A DNA stretch of 64,000 nucleotides from an uncultured delta proteobacterium (GTDB taxonomy: Bacteria > Desulfobacterota > Desulfuromonadia > Desulfuromonadales > BM103), in contig CAVQRZ010000023.1 of NCBI GenBank assembly GCA_963715335.1, positions 96,001-160,000 of the forward strand, in the 5' to 3' direction. Numbering within the stretch: position 1 is the stretch's first letter; each line of letters opens with the position of its first letter. Of the stretch, positions 20,547-29,063 are shown piece after piece. The notes under the pieces were generated by a model that was given only the letters and a program-made list of their open reading frames with translations, searched no databases and was not told where the DNA came from. The position numbers and the translations under genes were made by a program.

Positions 20547-22361
20547 CTATCGTCCCTGATAAAACCCGGCCTGGGCATTATAAAGACCGGCATAAGCACC
20601 AGCAAGCCGCAACAGCTCAGCGTGGGTTCCTTTCTCGATAATCATTCCATCATCCATCACATATATCCGATCAGCCAACTGCACTGAAGAAAGACGGTGG
20701 CTGATGATCAGCGCGCTACGTTGACCGATGACATTGCGAAACGAACGGATCATCTCAGCTTCAGCCAGAGGGTCGAGGGAACTGCTCGGTTCATCAAATA
20801 TCATCAGGTCAGCGCTACGGAACCAGGCCCTTGCGAGAGCGAGACGCTGCCACTCACCAATACTGAGCTCCTGACCGGCCTGAAAATGCGTGCCGAGCTG
20901 CGTATCAATGCCATCAGCAAACCGGTTTATGAACTGGTCCGCACCAGCAATTTTTGCCGCAGCAGTCAATTCATCAGCATTTGCTTCCTTCTCTGAATCT
21001 CCCAGCCATATGTTCTCGGAGATTGGCAGATCGAATTGTGCGAAATCCTGGCTCACAACACTCAAATGGCGACGCCATGACCTCGGCAAGAACAATTTCA
21101 GGTCCTTGCCTTCCCAGCTAACCTGTCCTTCATCAGGGTCGTAAAGCCGGCAAATTAATTTTGCCAGGGTTGTCTTTCCTGCTCCATTCACCCCAACCAA
21201 AGCGACTATCTCACCTGGACGTACTTCGAGATTCACATTCTTTAGAGTATGCTCCTTACGACTTGGATAAGTGAATGAGAGATCACGACAGACAAGCCCC
21301 AAGGCTGCCGGCTCCGGCACGAAACTTTGTCCGTTCTCCAGCTCAACCTTTACCGGTAGGTCAATCAAATCATAAAAATGTCTCAAGAACAGGTTGTCCT
21401 CATAGAGCCAACCCAGCCCCTGAAGAACATTCTGCAGAGCTGTCAAGGCTCTCTGATAACCTTGAAAATACATAACGATAACACCAAGAGTCATCGCCCC
21501 CTGGATCGCCACAAAAACCATCGCGGCCAGAGTTCCATATAGTGCGATTGTTGCACCGCCCTGCGCCAGGATGTCGCGCCTGACACGCCTTTTACTGATG
21601 TCGAGGCGCCCCTGACGCAACTTGTCACGCAAATCCCGGTAACGCCCACGGAATAAATCACCGATACCCAGCAGACGGATTTCACGAGCAAAATCAATAC
21701 TGGTCATCATCCAGTGGTAGAACCAGGCTTGCCGTTCGAGTTCAACCCGGTCTCGCTCAAAGGTATAGAGTTGGCGGGCATAGATAAGACGCACCAGCCC
21801 TGCAGGGACAGCGGCCAGAAGGAGAGCCAACCCAACGGCCCAATGAAAGGAGAACAACAGCCCGACGATACCAAAAAGTATCAGGAGGTTCTGCAGAGTC
21901 TGCTTCAACCCATTGACGATGTTGGCCGGACGTGACAAGGCGTCTTGTTGAGCAAGATGGAGGGTATTGTGATATGCAGGGTCTTCATAATAACCGAGAT
22001 CGACTGCAATTGACTTTTCGTGGATAAGGTCTGAGACAAAGTCAGAGACAGCCAGAGATTGTGCTTCCGTGACATATGCAGCGATACTGTTAATTGACGC
22101 AGTCGCCAACGCGACCAGGCCAGCAAGCCCGACCCAGATTAAAACTTGCGTTACCGCACCGTCACCTCTTTCAAGCAATGCGGCACCGAGAGAATCAACT
22201 ATCTGCTTCAGCAGCAACAACGCGAACACCGGCAAAGCCGTCTGTACTATCATCAACAACAGGCTTGCAAGAGTCCAGCGAGGGGTTGCTGCCCAAACCA
22301 GTCGCCAGGCACGGTGCAGATTGAAGATTCCTTTGATTCGCATTTTTATCGAACTATTCAT
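20547..22361 (-). CDS. ABC exporter, fused permease/ATPase (peptide-exporter type, no C39 domain)
   Basis: N-terminal TM helices, GVNGAGKTT, LSIGEWQRLALAR, IFDEPSS, ISHR. Start trimmed to MNSSIK. Confidence 0.9.
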   Translation of the reverse strand: MNSSIKMRIKGIFNLHRAWRLVWAATPRWTLASLLLMIVQTALPVFALLLLKQIVDSLGAALLERGDGAVTQVLIWVGLAGLVALATASINSIAAYVTEAQSLAVSDFVSDLIHEKSIAVDLGYYEDPAYHNTLHLAQQDALSRPANIVNGLKQTLQNLLILFGIVGLLFSFHWAVGLALLLAAVPAGLVRLIYARQLYTFERDRVELERQAWFYHWMMTSIDFAREIRLLGIGDLFRGRYRDLRDKLRQGRLDISKRRVRRDILAQGGATIALYGTLAAMVFVAIQGAMTLGVIVMYFQGYQRALTALQNVLQGLGWLYEDNLFLRHFYDLIDLPVKVELENGQSFVPEPAALGLVCRDLSFTYPSRKEHTLKNVNLEVRPGEIVALVGVNGAGKTTLAKLICRLYDPDEGQVSWEGKDLKLFLPRSWRRHLSVVSQDFAQFDLPISENIWLGDSEKEANADELTAAAKIAGADQFINRFADGIDTQLGTHFQAGQELSIGEWQRLALARAWFRSADLMIFDEPSSSLDPLAEAEMIRSFRNVIGQRSALIISHRLSSVQLADRIYVMDDGMIIEKGTHAELLRLAGAYAGLYNAQAGFYQGR

Positions 22362-22445
22362 AGATCCTATCCACATGGAGTCATTACATTTTTCACCAGA
22401 AACACATAAAAAAAATATGCATACTATAGCATTTAAATCATATAT

Positions 22446-22475
22446 TTGTCGTAACAACCATATTCGACATATAAT
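22446..22475 (+). promoter_or_regulatory. Putative sigma70 promoter of the scmC-peptidase unit with overlapping inverted repeat
   Basis: TTGTCG-N18-TATAAT in an AT-rich divergent gap; TGTCG...CGACA dyad. Confidence 0.45.
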
Positions 22476-22484
22476 AGCTGCCTT

Positions 22485-23372
22485 ATGTCTGATCGTGACA
22501 AAATATACGGGCAAGAACTTGCTATTGGCCCCCTCATCTACCACCTCTATGCGATTGATGAATGGGGCGCAAGTATTCTTCATGGAATCAGCACACATCT
22601 TGCCTGTAATGAAATTTCGAGAACGGCTGATCGAATAATATTATTGTTTCATAATGAGCCGGCAGCCTTTACTTCGAAAAAAGTTCCCGCCGCTTTTTCA
22701 ACCTGTGAAGTTGAAGAAGATTCGTGGTATTTCCGCAAAAACCTGATTGACACGACCTGGCAATCGGATCAATCAACCTGCACCTTCTGGTCAGCAGGGG
22801 TTGACACGTTAATCGGGCCCGTTCGTTTTCATCTTCCATGGAGCCTTGTTGTTGATGATCTTGTTGCACGGGGGGGAGGACTGATCCACGCCGGGCTGGC
22901 CGACCACGGAGGCTCCGGATATCTGTTTGCTGCCCCGCCAAGCGGCGGTAAGAGCACAACATTGGCAACAGCCCCAGCCGAGTGGATGATTATGAGTGAT
23001 GACGCTGCTCTCGTCTGGCCAGACGAAAATGGCTGGCTGGCCAGTCCCCTGCCATCCTGGGGAGACCAACTCAAGCCTGACGAGCCCTGGCCCTGGCCAC
23101 AGATGGCGCTTGACTCGACTTGCGCTCTGAGCAACATTTTGCAGCTTGATAAAGGCGCCCATGTCGAACTCGCCAGGCTGAAAGAGTCAGCGGCCCTCCC
23201 CTTTATCTACCAGGCTTTAAGTGAGTATCCCGTCATTATTCTGGCAAACATCAGTTATAGAGAAGAATACTTCCGTAGCGCAGCGCAAATGGCCCGCGTT
23301 CTCTCAACATGGCAGCTTACCCTGCCGAAGCATGGCGACATCTGGCACCTGCTCCAGCAGAGAACCAAATGA
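22485..23372 (+). CDS. scmC: HPr-kinase-like P-loop protein (SynChlorMet ScmC-like)
   Basis: GLIHAG, YLFAAPPSGGKST, MSDDA; context of rSAM, PqqD and peptidase genes. Confidence 0.7.
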   Translation: MSDRDKIYGQELAIGPLIYHLYAIDEWGASILHGISTHLACNEISRTADRIILLFHNEPAAFTSKKVPAAFSTCEVEEDSWYFRKNLIDTTWQSDQSTCTFWSAGVDTLIGPVRFHLPWSLVVDDLVARGGGLIHAGLADHGGSGYLFAAPPSGGKSTTLATAPAEWMIMSDDAALVWPDENGWLASPLPSWGDQLKPDEPWPWPQMALDSTCALSNILQLDKGAHVELARLKESAALPFIYQALSEYPVIILANISYREEYFRSAAQMARVLSTWQLTLPKHGDIWHLLQQRTK

Positions 23373-24010
23373 ACACACTAACCAACACCTTCATATACAA
23401 AGGCAGAAGCATGTGGCCATGTTTTCAGGAAGGCGACCTCCTGGTGCTGGCTGACATCGAATTCAACCAGATTCGTGCAGGCGATTGCATAGCGTACCAG
23501 AGGACCAGCGGCAGAAAAGCGGTGCACCGTGTAGTTGCGCTTCAAAGCTCACTTATCACACGCGGCGATTCTTTACCTTGCGTTGACACTGAATCGGTCA
23601 AATCGGAGCAGGTTATAGGGCGGGTTGTGAGTTTTTATCGCTTCGGCAGGCGGCATCAAGTTGTCGGAGGGTTCATAGGCAGGATTGTGGGTCTGTTCTA
23701 CCGATATGCAGGCCGTATCGATCCGCAAAGACAGGCGCGAGGCGGCTGGCTAGCGCGCAAAATCCGCTTTTTCAGCATGGCGATACTGAAAACAATTCAA
23801 TGTGATGGGAAAGCTGAGAGGCTTAAACTTGATGGGGCAGATGAATTGAAGGTGTGGACTATAGCCGGGAGGGTTATCGGACAACAGGATCAGGACTCAA
23901 GGCAATGGAAGATTGCCTGGCCATGGATGTTTTTGTTGAAATCAGGGAGACTTTTAAGATGGGGCAGAGGTCTTATTTTTCGCCGTTACCTACAGAACAG
24001 TAAACACTAG
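23369..24010 (+). CDS. S24/S26-family (signal-peptidase-like) peptidase
   Basis: GRSMWPCFQEGD (catalytic Ser), GDCIAY, VHRVV, TRGD. ATGA overlap with the upstream gene. Confidence 0.8.
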   Translation: MNTLTNTFIYKGRSMWPCFQEGDLLVLADIEFNQIRAGDCIAYQRTSGRKAVHRVVALQSSLITRGDSLPCVDTESVKSEQVIGRVVSFYRFGRRHQVVGGFIGRIVGLFYRYAGRIDPQRQARGGWLARKIRFFSMAILKTIQCDGKAERLKLDGADELKVWTIAGRVIGQQDQDSRQWKIAWPWMFLLKSGRLLRWGRGLIFRRYLQNSKH

Positions 24011-24179
24011 CTCCATTGCCACGCGTACAGTTACCCTGGTTTGACGCCCCTGACCCAGATGCGCATTGGGTTGGACCGCCAGGCGTGGGCGTAGTACCAG
24101 TCGCGCATTCACCGAAAATCGGCTGACATGAGTCAACAGACCTGACCATCGGCTCTTTCCATAAACGCTTATTACTCAT
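23973..24179 (-). CDS. Putative RiPP precursor peptide (68 aa, WxxP leader, four CxxG repeats)
   Basis: GAGGGGG RBS; co-oriented just downstream of two rSAM genes; Gly/Ser/Thr/Cys-rich core. Confidence 0.8.
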   Translation of the reverse strand: MSNKRLWKEPMVRSVDSCQPIFGECATGTTPTPGGPTQCASGSGASNQGNCTRGNGASVYCSVGNGEK

Positions 24180-24282
24180 ACAACAGCCCCCTCAAAAATG
24201 ATTTCCGCGATTATAGCCCTATCCGGGTATCTTGCCAACCCCCAGATTATGTAGCCAATCTGCAAGATGAGCCTCGACACCT

Positions 24283-25356
24283 TTAGCCTCTGCGCCTCTT
24301 TAACGGGAACAACCCTTGTTCAGCGGCTTGTTGACAGAACCAGTATGGTGCCAGCAGGTCACCGGAGAGCTGATAATTGGAGGCGACACAACTACCAAGG
24401 CAGTTTTCCTGCATCAAACAATCACGGCAAATCCCCTGAAGACTCTTCGGCAAGCCTTCCCTCAGGCCCATAAGCACCTGGTGGCTCTGCCAAATCTCCT
24501 TGAGCTTTACTGACATGACAGCACCCATCGACAGTTCCGGAACATGTTGACCAACACCACACAACGAGTAGGCCCCTGAGGGCAGGATGCCGAGCACGTG
24601 CATGATGTTACAGACCCCGTCATCCTCCCCGGAGATTATGCGTGAGAGAGGTCGGAAAGCATGTGGAACGCCCATTTGAATGGGGAGGCTGAACTGCTGT
24701 GACCACTTCTCAGAAACTTTTGCAGATATATCCAGGATCTCCTTGATACTCAAGGCATCTCCTTCATTAGAGAGGGTCTCAGCTCTCAGGACCGGTTGCA
24801 GCACGTTCAGTTTGACTGCGCCAGCGCCCAACCCCTCAGCCAGGGCAAAAAAATCAGGCAGTTGTCTTTTGTTCGATTGTTGCAAGGTCAAAATCAATTC
24901 AGGACGGAAACCCGCGCCAACCAATGCGCGAATCCCCATAATGGTTTTTTTAAAACCACTTTTGACGCAGCGAATCGCATCGTGGGTCCTGTCATTTGCT
25001 CCATCCAGGCTCACGGACACCCTGCTCACTCCGCTGTCCCGCATCAAGCTTGCCAGTTCATCATTAACCAACATACCGTTAGTCTCGACAATCGCCTCTA
25101 GATTGTATTCTCTCTGCAAATCAAGAAGCTCACGGAAACACGGATGCAGTGTCGGTTCCCCGCCAGTCCACTTGATGGCAGAAAGACCCAACGGGAGAGC
25201 CTGTTCGATGGCATGCCTCAATATTCGCGGCTCAAGGACAACTTGCTCATCCTGCTTTTGACGTTCCGGCACGAACCAGCAATGCCGACAAGCACAGTTA
25301 CAACCACTGGTCAGGTAAGCATAGAAGGTATTCAATGTCGGCACAGTCACGGCCAT
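24283..25356 (-). CDS. scmF: Radical SAM/SPASM peptide maturase (ScmF-like)
   Basis: YLTSGCNCACRHC, WTGGEP, ETNG, SVSLDG, SPASM cysteines CRDCLMQENCLGSC. Confidence 0.8.
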   Translation of the reverse strand: MAVTVPTLNTFYAYLTSGCNCACRHCWFVPERQKQDEQVVLEPRILRHAIEQALPLGLSAIKWTGGEPTLHPCFRELLDLQREYNLEAIVETNGMLVNDELASLMRDSGVSRVSVSLDGANDRTHDAIRCVKSGFKKTIMGIRALVGAGFRPELILTLQQSNKRQLPDFFALAEGLGAGAVKLNVLQPVLRAETLSNEGDALSIKEILDISAKVSEKWSQQFSLPIQMGVPHAFRPLSRIISGEDDGVCNIMHVLGILPSGAYSLCGVGQHVPELSMGAVMSVKLKEIWQSHQVLMGLREGLPKSLQGICRDCLMQENCLGSCVASNYQLSGDLLAPYWFCQQAAEQGLFPLKRRRG

Positions 25357-26456
25357 AACGATAGCCCCTCTGCTGCAAGTTTCTCCTGAAATCGTTTGAG
25401 ACAGGTCGACGGGCATGGCTGGTCAACTTTCCCGGTCGCTGTAAACGCCGTACCGGGACAGTTCCCGGTACAACTTGACTGCCATTCACACAGACGACAT
25501 TCGTCAAACTCTTCAAGCGCAATTTCCCACCGTTCACGCAACCGGCATAATGACTCGGCATTCTGCCAGACCTCAACCAGTGGAGTCTCTCCGACCTTGC
25601 CGAGGACCATGTGCGGCAGCATGACACAGGGGATATAAGCACCATCTGAACGAACCGCAAGGCTGTCGTAAATACAGCCACAACCGACCAGACGTCCCCG
25701 ACCCGGCACAGGAGTCCCAGACCGTCGTGCCTCCTCCATTTCACTGAACATACGCCAGTCCGCCAGAGGCCCTGCATTTGCGCGAATCCGCCCCGGATAT
25801 TGTTTGTCAAGGTTCGCCATGATTTTTATCGCTTTTAAATGCTCTCTGGTGTTAAGCAAAACACCCGTGCCGTATTTTGTCGAAGTCCCGAGCGAGGAAG
25901 CGGCATTGGTACTGAAAGAAGGGAGCCTCAGTTCTGTCAGCAATAGTCGTGCGATTTTCGGAAGGTCATCTATATTGCCGGGATGGATGGTCACTCTGAC
26001 TGTTACTGGCAGTTTGGTACTCTGCAAAGCTCTGATTCCTGATAACGCCGGCTCAAATGTTCCCTTACCGCGAAGACTTTCATGAATTTCTGCTGTCGAG
26101 CCATCCAGTGACACCTGGACCATGTCACACCGGCCTGTCTGCTGCAGGTGAACAGCAATTTGCGAGGTCAGGAAACTGCCGTTGGTCAACACGGAAAAAC
26201 GCATGCGATTGGCAACAATCCCGTCAACCAAGTCTAAAAAATCATCCCTGATCAACGGTTCACCACCCTGCAGGGTTACATTCATCACCTGGCAGTTTGC
26301 CAGTTCCTCGAAAAAGGTTAACCAGAATTCAGTAGGCAGGTCGGCGTAGATTACATCAGGGTTGTTAAGATAGTAACAATAGCTGCAGTTCGCGTTGCAG
26401 CGGCTGGTAATTTCAAGATCCAGAGAGCGTGGAGTACGCATCACTTGCGGAGACAT
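25347..26456 (-). CDS. scmE: Radical SAM/SPASM peptide maturase (ScmE-like)
   Basis: EITSRCNANCSYC, LQGGEP, QVSLDG, GCGC, CRLCEWQSSCTGNC, PCPSTC. TAATG coupling with the upstream PqqD gene. Confidence 0.8.
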   Translation of the reverse strand: MSPQVMRTPRSLDLEITSRCNANCSYCYYLNNPDVIYADLPTEFWLTFFEELANCQVMNVTLQGGEPLIRDDFLDLVDGIVANRMRFSVLTNGSFLTSQIAVHLQQTGRCDMVQVSLDGSTAEIHESLRGKGTFEPALSGIRALQSTKLPVTVRVTIHPGNIDDLPKIARLLLTELRLPSFSTNAASSLGTSTKYGTGVLLNTREHLKAIKIMANLDKQYPGRIRANAGPLADWRMFSEMEEARRSGTPVPGRGRLVGCGCIYDSLAVRSDGAYIPCVMLPHMVLGKVGETPLVEVWQNAESLCRLRERWEIALEEFDECRLCEWQSSCTGNCPGTAFTATGKVDQPCPSTCLKRFQEKLAAEGLSLWP

Positions 26457-26761
26457 TAATCCTGCTCCCAAACCCCTACAGCACCGAGGATTGCTAATGT
26501 CTCCATTAAACCAATGACCTGCTGGGCCGTCGAGTCATCAATGCCCTCGTATCTGTTCCTTAGGCAATCAACAACTTCACCCAGGCTACGTTTTCCATCC
26601 AGCAACTTCCATACGTCAACCGCCGTGCTGTTGAGCATCTGCACCTTTCCATTATCAGGGTCAAACAACAGCGCGCAATCATCGTCTTCGATGCGCAGAA
26701 CGAGACCTGGATTGACCGCCAGGCGACTGTCCATATCGATTTTCAATTCGTTGTTATCCAA
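26456..26761 (-). CDS. scmD: PqqD/RRE-family peptide chaperone (ScmD-like)
   Basis: VLRIEDDDCALLFDPDNGKVQMLNSTAVDVWKLLDGKRSLGEV is a typical PqqD pattern. Confidence 0.85.
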   Translation of the reverse strand: MDNNELKIDMDSRLAVNPGLVLRIEDDDCALLFDPDNGKVQMLNSTAVDVWKLLDGKRSLGEVVDCLRNRYEGIDDSTAQQVIGLMETLAILGAVGVWEQD

Positions 26762-26782
26762 AGGAATCCTTAATAGAAGAGA

Positions 26783-27070
26783 CTATTCTATTGGCAGCTT
26801 TACAACGAGACCGTGACGTAGAGCGAAACCAAGGATGGATCGAGTCTGTCGTTCAGCATCAGCCCGGTTGAGGTCAAAGTTCTGCAACAGGAAATTCAAA
26901 CAATCACTACGGTTAAAAAATCGTCCTTCAGGCAGCAACGACGCCTGCTCGAAGAGCGCCGCGGCAGCGTGATTGACAGTAACCATCACATCCCGATTAG
27001 CAATCAGCATAACTGCATCCTCGTCAAAAAATTCAATGAAAACATGAGGAGAGAGTTGGTAGCAATCCAC
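26783..27070 (-). CDS. Second, divergent PqqD/RRE-like protein
   Basis: 95 aa, EFFDEDAVML...VNHAAAALF...FDLNRADAERQTRSIL; size and pattern fit an RRE fold. Confidence 0.55.
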   Translation of the reverse strand: MDCYQLSPHVFIEFFDEDAVMLIANRDVMVTVNHAAAALFEQASLLPEGRFFNRSDCLNFLLQNFDLNRADAERQTRSILGFALRHGLVVKLPIE

Positions 27071-27100
27071 CAGGCGTACACCTTTCGAATATGATCCTTC

Positions 27101-27130
27101 ATGTTAGTTGTTTTACAAGTGGACTGTCAA
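27101..27130 (-). promoter_or_regulatory. Putative sigma70 promoter of the PqqD-rSAM-precursor operon
   Basis: Minus strand TTGACA-N18-TAACAT. Confidence 0.55.
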
Positions 27131-27169
27131 ATAAACGGAGGGATGAAATCATTCACCGCCAGAGAATGA

Positions 27170-27872
27170 TCAAAACCCTGACAGCGCCATCAGCAGCGGC
27201 AGGAGAAAGGTTGTCATCAGACCATTCAACCCGATCGCCAAACCAGCAGCGGCACCGGCAAGACGGTTGACCTCGAGCATTCTCGCCGTACCGATGCCGT
27301 GGGCGGACGTGCCGATCGCAAGCCCCATCGACACCGGGGAAGTCACACCGATGCGGCGGCAGAACTCCGGGCCGCAGACCGCCCCGAGACAACCGGTCAG
27401 AACGACCAGGGCGGCGGTCAGAGGCGCAATGCCACCGAGCTTGTCAACGATACTGATGGCAATCGGTGTGGTCACCGACTTCGGTGCCAGGGAGAGGATC
27501 ACCTCCCGGCTGCCACCGAGGAGCCAGGCCAGTCCGCAGGCTGAAATAATCGAGGCGAGAGAGCCGGCAAAGATGCCGGCCAGGATCAGTCGCTTGCGTT
27601 TCCAGATCTCTTCACGGCGCTGGTACAGAGGGACTGCCAGGGCAACCACGGATGGACCGAGCAGGAACAGGATCATGTCGCCGCCACGGGCATAATCACG
27701 GTATTCGATCCCGGTGCCTTTAAGCAGCAGAATGATTGCAACGATCGCCAACAGGACCGGGTTGGCCCATACGCTGTTGACGCGCCGGTAGAGGGTTTGC
27801 GCCAAGCAGGTAGACGACCAGCGTCAGGCCGATGCCGAACAGCGGAGTCTTGACCAGTTCAGCCCACATCAT
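27170..27872 (-). pseudogene. lrgB: LrgB/CidB-family protein with an apparent +1 frameshift near 27805
   Basis: LGPSVVALAVPLY, PKSVTTPIA, HGIGTARM. The natural N-terminus (MMWAELVKTPLFGIGLTLVVYLL) is in another frame. May be a sequencing error. Confidence 0.7.
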
Positions 27873-28212
27873 CGCTCCCCCGGTTTTCGAGTTTCTGGGC
27901 CAGCAGACCGGTGACAGCCATGACTACAAAAGTACTGATTATTGTTGCGACGGTAATCGGCAACCATTCTGCAGCGATCAGGTCACTGTAAACCATGACG
28001 CCGACGCCGGCCGGGACAAAGAACAGCGTCATGTTGGACAGCAGGATTTCCGCTGCCTCCTCGATCCATTTCACATCAACCCAGCCGACAATTAAACCAA
28101 GCAACAGCAGCCCCATCCCCATGACGTTACCTGGAATCGGTAAGCCCAGGGACCGGCTGATGATTTCACCACACAGCTGGAACAGCAGCAGGAATGTCAG
28201 ACCACGAACCAT
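27859..28212 (-). CDS. lrgA: CidA/LrgA-family holin-like protein
   Basis: LPIPGNVMGM, LFFVPAGVGV; adjacent to lrgB. Confidence 0.92.
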   Translation of the reverse strand: MVRGLTFLLLFQLCGEIISRSLGLPIPGNVMGMGLLLLGLIVGWVDVKWIEEAAEILLSNMTLFFVPAGVGVMVYSDLIAAEWLPITVATIISTFVVMAVTGLLAQKLENRGSDDVG

Positions 28213-28270
28213 GAGGCTCCCTCATTCTGGATACTGAATACTGAATTCTGAATACCAGTCACTCGACACA

Positions 28271-29063
28271 TCAGCCTTCGTCCTGGAGGCCTTCGATAAG
28301 CGCCTTGACTTCGGCGCAGATATCCTTCGATGCCTGGCTCTTCTCATGTTTGAGAAATTCCCTGAAACAGTGCAGAGACTCCTGAATCTGCTCCTGGTCC
28401 AGGTAGATATTTCCCAGCGTCAGGTAAGCAAAGGAGAAATCCGGATCGAGGGCTATGGCCTTGCGGCAGTATTTTTCTGCCTCGGCCAGATGCATCATTC
28501 TCATAGTGGAACTCGGCCAGGTTGAAATGGCCCTGCGGATCTTCAGGTTCGAGCTCGATGGCCTTCTCAAAACAATCGCGAGCTTCATCCGCACGTCCGG
28601 TCGCGAAACAGACATCGCCAAGTGAATAGAGGGCAAAAGCCGACTCCGGGTCCTGTTCGAGAGCCTGTCGATAGCACTCCTCGGCCTTGTCCATGCGCTC
28701 CTGATGAAAGTGGATCAGGCCGAGACTGACTCGGGCGTCGATTTGACCCGGGTCACGTAACAGAACATCCTCGTAGACCCGGCATGCTTCTTCAGGACGT
28801 CCCAGTTCAAAATAAACATCGCCCAGGTCAAATTGCAGATCATATTCTCCAGGAAGTTCTCCAACGACTTTCTCAAGCACTCTGGCCGCCTCTTCAAGAT
28901 GACCCGCCTCGACCAGGGCTTCCCCCAGGAAGGCACGGGTTTCGACGTCGTCCCCCTGCTCCTGCAAAAGCCTTTTGAGGATCCGTACGGCCTCTTCCGC
29001 CGCACCTTTTTCAAGCGCCTGCTCCGCCCTGCTTATGGAAATTTGTCCTTCATTCATCTGCAT
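28271..29063 (-). pseudogene. TPR-repeat protein with an apparent frameshift near 28492
   Basis: TPR motifs run through ORF 28344-29105 to AEFHYEND and resume as LAEAEKYCRKAIALDPDFSFAYLTLG in ORF 28271-28636. Confidence 0.7.

Noticed and set aside
20547..27070. PQQ, mycofactocin or lasso-peptide cluster
   Set aside because: There is no PqqB/C or ExxxY precursor, no MftA-type C-terminus, and no asparagine-synthetase-like cyclase or transglutaminase-like protease.
27170..28212. lrgAB as part of the RiPP cassette (immunity or release)
   Set aside because: A separate sigma70-like promoter lies between them, and lrgAB continues the upstream housekeeping gene run. A link is unsupported.
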